From the human T2T-CHM13v2.0 reference genome, Homo sapiens, in NCBI RefSeq assembly GCF_009914755.1, contig NC_060925.1: a DNA stretch of 64,000 nucleotides; one strand, 5' to 3'. The notes under the pieces are model-generated. The model saw nothing but the letters and a program-made list of their open reading frames with translations, was not told where the DNA came from and did not search any database. Positions 55,231-64,000 of this stretch are shown piece by piece; within the stretch, counting starts at the first letter, position 1, and the number at the start of each line of letters is the position of its first letter. The position numbers and the translations under genes were made by a program.

Positions 55231-56359
55231 CAACCTGGAATTGCACTGGGGAACTCGTCAAAATGAACTCTACACTGACCTTTCCGTAAAGAAAGTCACA
55301 TTGCTTGATCGTTCTCTTTCTCAAATTTGGATTTCAGTGTTGCTCTTACATGAAATGCCTAATACATATTAATGATATATGAAATATATTAGATAATCTC
55401 TAAATTGTATAAACCTGAATCCAGTTTCCAAGAAACCTGTGCCACACTGCTATGACACTGAGTATGACCTTTCTCAGGATTTTTCATCCTGAGACCTTAG
55501 TTTTCTTCTCTCCAGTCTTTTATGCACAGATAATATATGCCTTTGCCTTGAAAATATTAAAGACCTTGGAGGATAATTCTTTGGGTCACTAACTTTCTAA
55601 AACATATATATTCCTTTAAAGTAAAACCGTGCTGTGAAAAAGGTCTTTCACACCCCATTTCCCATCAGAACTCTAACTCATTTTAGCCTGCTTCACCTCT
55701 TCCTCTGGGAAATATGAGACATGCTGTCTTTGAAAATAGTTTTGGCTTGTGAAAGGGAAGCCCATCAGTCATATTTTCAGGTGTAAGTCCTAAATTATAT
55801 ATTTAAAATAAAATATATCCTCTCCTCTGGGGAAGTATGCATAGCATGACATATGAACCTGAAATGGCCTGTAGGTTTTACTTCGCTAAGGAGTGACATA
55901 TACTTGTATGATATTTTTTTTGCATCTTCTCTGCCTGTGACCGTAATAAGAAACTACCTGAGAGTATGAGAACATTCTGGGTCCTAAATAGATCCTGGAT
56001 ATCATTCAGTCTAACAGCTTCATTTTACTGAGATCTGGCTCACTACTTCTGGAACAATAGCTGATAAAGTCAATGGAGAAAGAATTCTTTAGAGTTTCTG
56101 ATGTTGCTCCTATAGGAATATAATTTACTCTGTGCAGGACTGGAGTGAGGAAGGAGGAGAGGCAGTCGATTTTTTGGAATGCCTCAATCAGTAATAAAGA
56201 GAGGCTATTGTGGGAGGGATAGGGTAATGTTGCGAGAAGGAGGAAGACAAAGAGACACAGTGGTTTCTGTATAGTACAAGTGGTTAAGGGCATGGGTTCC
56301 ATGCACATGAAGGTGCACTTGGGTTTGAATTCTAGTCCTCCATTTGGTAACTGTGTATC

Positions 56360-56830
56360 TGTATTAGTTAGGCTACAGACATGGTTTCTATAACAAAGGG
56401 ATTCAAAAAAATCAGTGCCTTAAACAAGTTAGAAATTAGTTTATATAACATGTAAAACTCTGGGTGAGGTGGTTTGGGCTGTTAATTCCAGATAGATGGT
56501 CCAGAGCTGTTATGGAAGCTCCACCAGTATTAGGAATGCAGGACCTTTTTTTCAAACAGCCTTTCCACCCTCAATATGTTTCCAACTCTTGCTCCAAGAA
56601 GGCTTGCTCCAGTTCACATTATCATGTCTGCATTCTAGACAGTGGACATGAGAAGGAAGGGAAGGCTTATCTCTACCACTAAGGGGCATAATCAAGAAGT
56701 TGTATTAATCATTTCTGGTCATAGCCCTTCAACCAGCACTTGATCACATGGCTCTCTTTTGCTGAAATGGAGTCTGAGAAGTAAAGCCTTAGCTGGATAG
56801 CAACCAGGTAAAATGTATATTGCCATAGAC
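56360..56830 (-). mobile_element. MLT1-type LTR splitting a MIR (MIR halves about 56260-56359 and 56870-56950)
   Basis: 'tgtattagttagg' start; MIR core resumes at 'ggcaagttacttaac'. Confidence 0.55.
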
Positions 56831-57006
56831 ACTGAAATAAGTCCAGGAGAGATGTGCCTATGCCACAAAGATGTAGGCAAGTTACTTAACTCCATACATT
56901 AGTTTTTCCATATGTAAAATGAGAATAACAATACTTCCTACCCATATCAGATATGATTGTGCTCTGTTGTTAGTTATACAGAACCTGACAAAGCATAGCT
57001 ATAAAG

Positions 57007-57212
57007 CAAGGTTTCTGAACTTCAGCACTATGGACATTTTGAACCAGATAATTCCTTGTTGTGAGGGGCTGTCCTGTGCGTTGTGAAATGTTTAGCATCA
57101 TTCTTGGCCTCTGCTCACTAAATGCCAGTAGTACTCCCCTCGTTGTACAAACTGAAAATGTCTCATAGAAATGTATCTTTGGGGGAAAATAGTCCCTGGC
57201 TGTGTACTACTC
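57007..57212 (-). mobile_element. MER20
   Basis: 'cagataattccttgttgtgaggggctgtcctgtgcgttg'; 8-bp near-TSD ctataaag/ctatacag. Confidence 0.9.
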
Positions 57213-57900
57213 CTATACAGAAAAGGGGTTTGAGTTGTTTTTGCCTCCACTTAAGATATCTGAAGAAAAGCAATCCAGGGCAGTATGGTCACTTAAAGAT
57301 GATTCAGTGATGATTTAAGGAGGAAGACTCTCCATTTCTCTGCCCTACCATTCTTGGCACATGGCTTTTGTCCATAGAGTTGTTGCTTATCACGGTCTGA
57401 CTCCAATCTGGTTTTCTATCTTAGAGAACTGGCATAGCCCCACTCAAATGCTCAGAAGAGCAGGAAGTCTTTTGCGTTTGTACTCCCATCATGTAGTGCA
57501 GTGCCTTGCATTAATATGTATTTGTGCAGTGCAAAAAGTTATAATCTGAAAGTGGTATTTGTGGGCCTGTATCAATCAGGATTATTAGTTACAAAGGAAA
57601 AACAAGTCATCCCTTGTAAATATTAGAGGAGATAGGACACTCACAGAGACTTGGGAGAGCTGAAGAGCCAAACTAGGAACATAACGGCCCAGCCAGGAAC
57701 CATGCCCAACCATGCTACAGGTGTTTTAGCAAAGCAGTGCTGCTGCCACCTCTCAACACCACTGCTATAGTGTCTATCCACGATGAACAATGGAATGCTA
57801 GAAGGTCTTCTCTTGCTAGCCACAAAGAAGCAGATGCCACCATCTGTGTGACCACCAAGGTGCTCGATTTCTCATGCATACTCTTTCTGGCATTGCTTAC

Positions 57901-58772
<872 letters not shown>

Positions 58773-59296
58773 CTTACCAAATTAAAATCTCAAATGAATA
58801 TGTCTGAGTGATGATCCAGGTCACATGTCTACAGCCTAGCTGCAAGTGAACTGAGAAAATGAATGTTCTGACATCTTCCTGTGAAAGGCAAGATGAACAC
58901 GGCGGAGAACTACTAAAATACAGGGATGGTGTCAAGATGTCGGAGGCTACAAATGACAAATGCTTTTCTCATAATTGGCCTTGTTCCTTAGAAGAAAACA
59001 TACGTAGAGACACATTGAATGTGGCCCCCTCATTATCCTGAATGTCACCTTTGTGAGAAAAGGAAGGAGTCAAAGAGAATTCCTCTTCCCTCCCTATAGC
59101 TGGAAGCAGAACTTGTCTTTGCCATCAGTTCCTTTTCATTTTATCTGAGCCACACCCTGGTGCCCCTGTGTTGCCTTCTCCTTCTCTCTCCCTTCCTCTC
59201 TCCATCCTTTCTTTTCTTCTTTCTTCATTTTCTTTTATATAGTTTTTTGTTTTTACTTCAGGTGCATTGATGCATACAAACATAAAAACATCTGTT

Positions 59297-59588
59297 GGCT
59301 GAGTGTGGTGGCTCATGACTGTAATCCCAGCAGTTTGGGAAGCTGAGGTAAGCAGATCACTTGAGCCCAGGCGTTCAAGATCAGCCTGGGTAACATGGTA
59401 AAACCCCATCTCTACAAAAAGTACAAAAATTAGCCGGGCCTGGTGGCAGGCACCTATAGTCAAGCTACTTGGGAAACTGAGGTGAAAGGAACACTTGAGC
59501 CTGGAAGGTGGAGGTTGCAGTGAGCCAAGATTGTGCGACTGCCCTCCAGTCTGGGCCATACAGTAAGACTGTCTAAAAAAAAAAAAAA
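59297..59588 (+). mobile_element. AluJ-like
   Basis: 'gatcacttgagcccaggcgttcaagatcagcctggg'; poly-A. Confidence 0.9.
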
Positions 59589-59720
59589 TTCATTGATTTT
59601 CTCAGTTCATGGCACTTTACCATCTTGAGTCCATTCATACGTCTTTTCTTGTTTTACTTATTGTTTGTTTATTCATACCTTTAAAATGTTTTGATTTTAT
59701 CTTATTGAATTTTTTTTCCA

Positions 59721-59999
59721 GGCTGGGTGTGGTGGTGCACACCTGTAATCACACCTGTAATCAGGCACATGCCTGAGGTCAGGAGGTCGCGACCGGTCTG
59801 ACTAACATGGTGAAACCCCGTCTCTACTAAATACAAAAAAATTAGCCCGGCATGGTGGCGCATACCTGTAATCCTAACTACCTGGGAGGCTGAGACAGGA
59901 GCATCACGTGTACCTGGGAGTGGAGGTTGCAGTGAGCAGAGAGAGTGCCACTGCACTTCAGCCTGGGCAACAAGAACAAAACTCCATCTCAAAAAAAAA
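59721..59999 (+). mobile_element. AluS (Sq/Sp-like) with a rearranged left arm
   Basis: 'gggcaacaagaacaaaactccatctc'; TSD-like aat(t)nccA on both sides. Confidence 0.88.
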
Positions 60000-60648
60000 T
60001 TTTTTTTTCCAATACTTTCATGGGTACACATGGTTTTTGGCTACCCAGATAAATTATATAGTGGTGAAGTCTGGGCTTTTAATGTACCCATCACCTGAAC
60101 AGTGTAGATTGTACACAACAGGTAGCTTTTCATCCCTTAGCCCTCTCCCACCCTCCCCACTTCTGAAACTCCAATTTCCATTATACCACTCTGTATGCCA
60201 TTGCATACCCATAGCTTAGCTTCCACTTAAAAGCCACGTGTGGTGTTTGGTTTTCTGTTTCTGATTTACTTCACTTAGGATAATGGCCTCCAGTTCCATC
60301 CAAGTTGCTGTAAAAGACATGATTTCACTTTTTTTTGGCTGAGTAATATTCCATGGTATATAGACATCATATTTTCTTTATCCACTCATTTGTTGATGGG
60401 CACTTAAGTTGTTTCCATAACTTTGCAATTATGAATTGTGCTGCAATAAACATGCATGAGAAGGTGTCTTTTTTTATATAATGACTTCTTTTCCTTTGGG
60501 TAGATACCCAGTAGTGGGATTGCTAGATTAAATGGTAGATCTACTTTTAGCTTTTTGAGAAATCTCCATACCATCTCTCTTAGTGGTTATACTAATTTAC
60601 ATTCCCACCAGCAGTGTATGAGTGAGCCCTTTTCACTGCATCCACACT
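60000..60648 (-). mobile_element. L1PB-type 3' end (tail extends left of the Alu to about 59690)
   Basis: 'gataaattatatagtggtgaagtctgggctttt...gggtagatacccagtagtgggattgctagatt'. Confidence 0.85.
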
Positions 60649-60772
60649 TAAATTCCTATATCCCACTCTATGTTCTATGTTCTCTCTACACATAGACAAA
60701 CATTCTCAGGTGGGTGTATAACAATTTTAATATGTTCTTGCAAAATATATATTGTGTACTTATCATGACATG

Positions 60773-63063
60773 TGATATGATTTTGCTGTGTCTTCACCCA
60801 AATCTCATCTTGAATTCCCACATGTTGTGGAAGGTACCTGGTTGGAGGTAATAGAATCATGGGAGCTGGTCTTTCCTGTGCTGTTCTCATGCTAGTGAAT
60901 AAGTCTCACAAGATTTGATGGTTTTAAAAATGAGTTTCCCTGCAAAAGCTCTCTTTCTGTCTGCCGCCATCCACATAAGATGTGACTTGCCTCTCCTTGC
61001 CTTGAACCATGATTGTGAAGCTTCCCCCACCACATGGAACCTCTTTCCTTTGTAAATTGTCCAGTCTCAGGTATGTCTTTATTAGCAGTGTGAAAATGAA
61101 CTAATATAGTAAATTGGTACCAGTAGAGGGGGATGCTGCTGAAAAGATAACTGAAAATGTGGAAGCAACTGGAACTGGGTAACAGACAGAGGTTAGAACA
61201 GTTTGGAAGGCTCAGAAGACAGGAAAATGTGAGAAAGTTTGGAACTCTTTAGAGACTTGTTGACAAAAATGCTGATAATGATATGGACAATGAAATCCAG
61301 GCTGAGGTGGTCTCAGATGGAGATGAGGAATTTGTTGGAGATTGGAGCAAAGGTGACTCTTGTTATGTTTTAGCAAAGAGACTGGTGGCATTTTGCCCCT
61401 GTCCTAGAGATTTGTGGAACTTTGAACTTAAGAGAGATGATTTAGGGTATGTGGTGGAAGAAATTTCTAAGCAGCAAAGCATTCCACTTGGGTGCTGATA
61501 AAGGCATTCAGTTTTGTAAGAGAAGCAGAGTATAAAACCTCAGACAGTTTGCAGCCTGATGATGTGATAGAAAAGAAAATCCCATTTTCTGAGGAGAAAG
61601 TCAAGCGGCTGCAGAAATTTGCATAAATAATGAGGAGCTGAATATTATTCCCCAAGACAATGGGGAAAATGTCTCCAGGGCATGTCAGATGTCTTCATGG
61701 AAGCCCCTCCCATCACAGGCCTGGAGACGTAGGAGGCAAAAACGGTTTTGTGGACTGGGCCGAGGGTCCCTGTGCTGTGTGCAGCCTAGGGACTTGGTGC
61801 CCTGTGTCCTAGCCACTCCAGTTGTGGCTGAAAGTGGCCAATGTAAAACTCAGACCATGGCTTCAGAGAGTGTAAGTCCCAAGCCTTGGCAGCTTCCATG
61901 TGGTGTTGAGCCTGCGAGTACATAGAAATCAAGAACTGGGGTTTGGGAGCCTCTGCCTAGATTTCAGAGGATGTATGAAAATACCCGGATGCCTAGGCAG
62001 AAGTTTGCTGCAGGGGCAGTGTCCTCATGGAGAACCTCCACTAGGGCAGTGTGGAAGGGAAATGTGGGATCAGAATCCCCACACAGAGTCCATACTGGGG
62101 CACTGCCTAGTGGAGCTGTGAGAAGAGGGCCACCATCTTCCAGACCTCAGAATGGTAGATCCACCAACAGCTTGCACCATGCACCTGGAAAAGCTGCAGA
62201 CACTCAATGCCAGTCCATGAAAGCAGCTAGTCATGCTTAGACATATATGATTCACCAAGCATAATCTGATTAGTCATGATTATGAGGGAGGTTTTACCCT
62301 GCAAATCCACAGGGGCAAAGCTACCCAAGACCACGGGAATGCACCACTTAAATCAGCATGACCCCGATGTGAGATGCGGAGTCAAAGATCATTTTGCAGC
62401 TTTAAGATTTGACTGCCCCACTGGATTTCAGACTTGAATTGGGCCTGTAGCCCCTTAGTTTTGCACAATATCTCCCATTTGGAATGGCTGTATTTACCCA
62501 ATGCCTGTGTCCCCATTGTATCTATGAAGTAACTAACTTGCTTTTGATTTTACAGGCTCATAGGTGGAAGGGACTTGCCTTATCTCAGATGAGACTTTGG
62601 ACTGTGGAATCTTGAGTTAATGCTGAAATAAGACTTTGGGGGACTGTTGGGAAGACACGATTGGTTTTGAAATGGTAGGACATGATACTTGGGAGGGGCC
62701 GGGGTGGAATGATATGATTTGACTGTGTCCCCACACAAATCTCATCTTGAATTCCCACGTGTTGTGGGAGGGACCCAGTGGGAGGTAATTGAATCATGGG
62801 GCCAGGTCTTTCCTGTGCTGTTCTCGTGATAGTGAATAAGTCTCATGAGATCCAATGGCTTTAAAAAGAGGAGTTTCCCTGCAAAACTCTTCCTCTTTGC
62901 CTGCCACCATCCACGTAAGATGTGACTTGCTCCTCCTTGCCTTCCACCATGATTGAGGCCTCCCCAACCACATGGAACTGTGAGTCCAATTATATCTCTT
63001 TCTTCTATAAATTGCTTAGTCTCAGGTATGTCTTTATCAGCAGCATGAAAATGGACTAATATA
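60773..63063 (+). mobile_element. Complete THE1B-like MaLR element: LTR 60773-61108, internal 61109-62709, LTR 62710-63063
   Basis: Two LTRs starting 'tgatatgattt' and ending 'ctaatata'; purine tract before the 3' LTR; 5-bp near-TSD acatg/gcatg; internal ORF remnant MDNEIQAEVVSDGDEE. Confidence 0.95.
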
Positions 63064-63090
63064 GCATGCATTTTAAGTGGTATTGGGATC

Positions 63091-63905
63091 TTTTTTAAAA
63101 TTATACTTTAAGTTTTGGGATACATGTGCAGAACATGCAGGTTTGTTACATAGGTGTACACACGCCATGGTGGTTTGCTGCACCCACCAACCCATCACCT
63201 ACATTAGGTATTTTTCCTAATGCTATCCCTCCCCTAGCCCCCCACCCCCTGACAGGCCCCAGTGTGTGATGTTCCCCTCCCTGTATCCATGTGCTCTCAT
63301 TGTTCAACTCCCACTTATGAGTGAGAATATACAGTGTCTGGTTTTCTGTTCCTGTGTTAGTTTGCTAAGAATGATGGTTTCCAGCTTCATCCATGTCCCT
63401 GCAAAGGATGGCTGCATAGTAGTCCATGGTGTATATGTGCCACATTTTCTTTATCCAGTCTATCATTGATGGGCATTTGGGTTGGTTTCAAGTCTTTGCT
63501 ATTGTGAACAGTGCTGCAATAAACATACATGTGCATGTGTCTTTATAGTAGAATGATTTATAATCCTTTGGGTATATACCCAGTAATGGTATTGCTGGGT
63601 CAAATGGTATTTCTGGTTCTAGATCCTTGAGGAATCACCATACAGTCTCCCACAATGGTTGAACTAATTTACACTCCTACCAACAGTGTAAAAGCATTCC
63701 TATTTCTCCACATCCTCTCCAGCATCTGTTGTTTACTGACTTTTTAATGATCACCATTCTAACTGGCGTGAGATGGTATCTCATTGTGGTTTTGATTTTC
63801 ATTTCTCTAATGACCGGTGATGATGAGCTTTTTTTCATGTGTTTGTTGGCCGCATAATTGTCTTATTTTGAGAAGTGTCTTTTCATATCATTTGCCAGCT
63901 TTTTG
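63091..63905 (-). mobile_element. L1PA7-like 3' end
   Basis: 'ttatactttaagttttgggatacatgtgcagaac...ccatggtggtttgctgcacc' is reverse-complement L1PA 3'UTR and ORF2 end. Confidence 0.93.
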
Positions 63906-64000
63906 ACTAGAAAATCTAGAAGAAATGGATAAATTCCTGGACACATACACCCTTGCAAGACTAAACCAGGAAGAAGTCTAATCCCTGAACAGACCAATAA
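63906..64000 (+). mobile_element. L1 ORF2 mid-region in opposite orientation (inverted segment, continues beyond window)
   Basis: 'actagaaaatctagaagaaatggataaattcctggacac' matches 42445-42483 of the L1PA6 copy. Confidence 0.9.

Overview
Primate (human-like) non-coding, AT-rich genomic DNA, intergenic or deep intronic. I see no intact protein-coding gene, RNA gene, CpG island, CRISPR or prokaryotic feature. Much of the window is layered transposon fossils: about 14 Alus (J/S/Y), a near full-length dead L1PA6-like element (39.06-45.25 kb), a complete two-LTR THE1B element (60.77-63.06 kb), a 5'-inverted L1PA7-like element running off the right edge, a solo ERV LTR, and older L1M/L1PB, L2, MIR, MLT1/MLT2, MER20 and MER91A copies. 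The recognisable ORFs in the track are repeat-derived; the rest look like chance frames. I found no convincing new biological system. The best second-look items are a nested near-perfect palindrome at 33.8 kb, an asymmetric DUX4 motif and degenerate polyA signals in the THE1B LTRs, a fold-back/duplicated 3' end and deleted ORF1 start in the L1PA6, a candidate L1 3' transduction, and a head-to-head Alu pair 29 bp apart. Repeat subfamily calls come from recalled consensus sequences, not from a search, and old-repeat boundaries are approximate.
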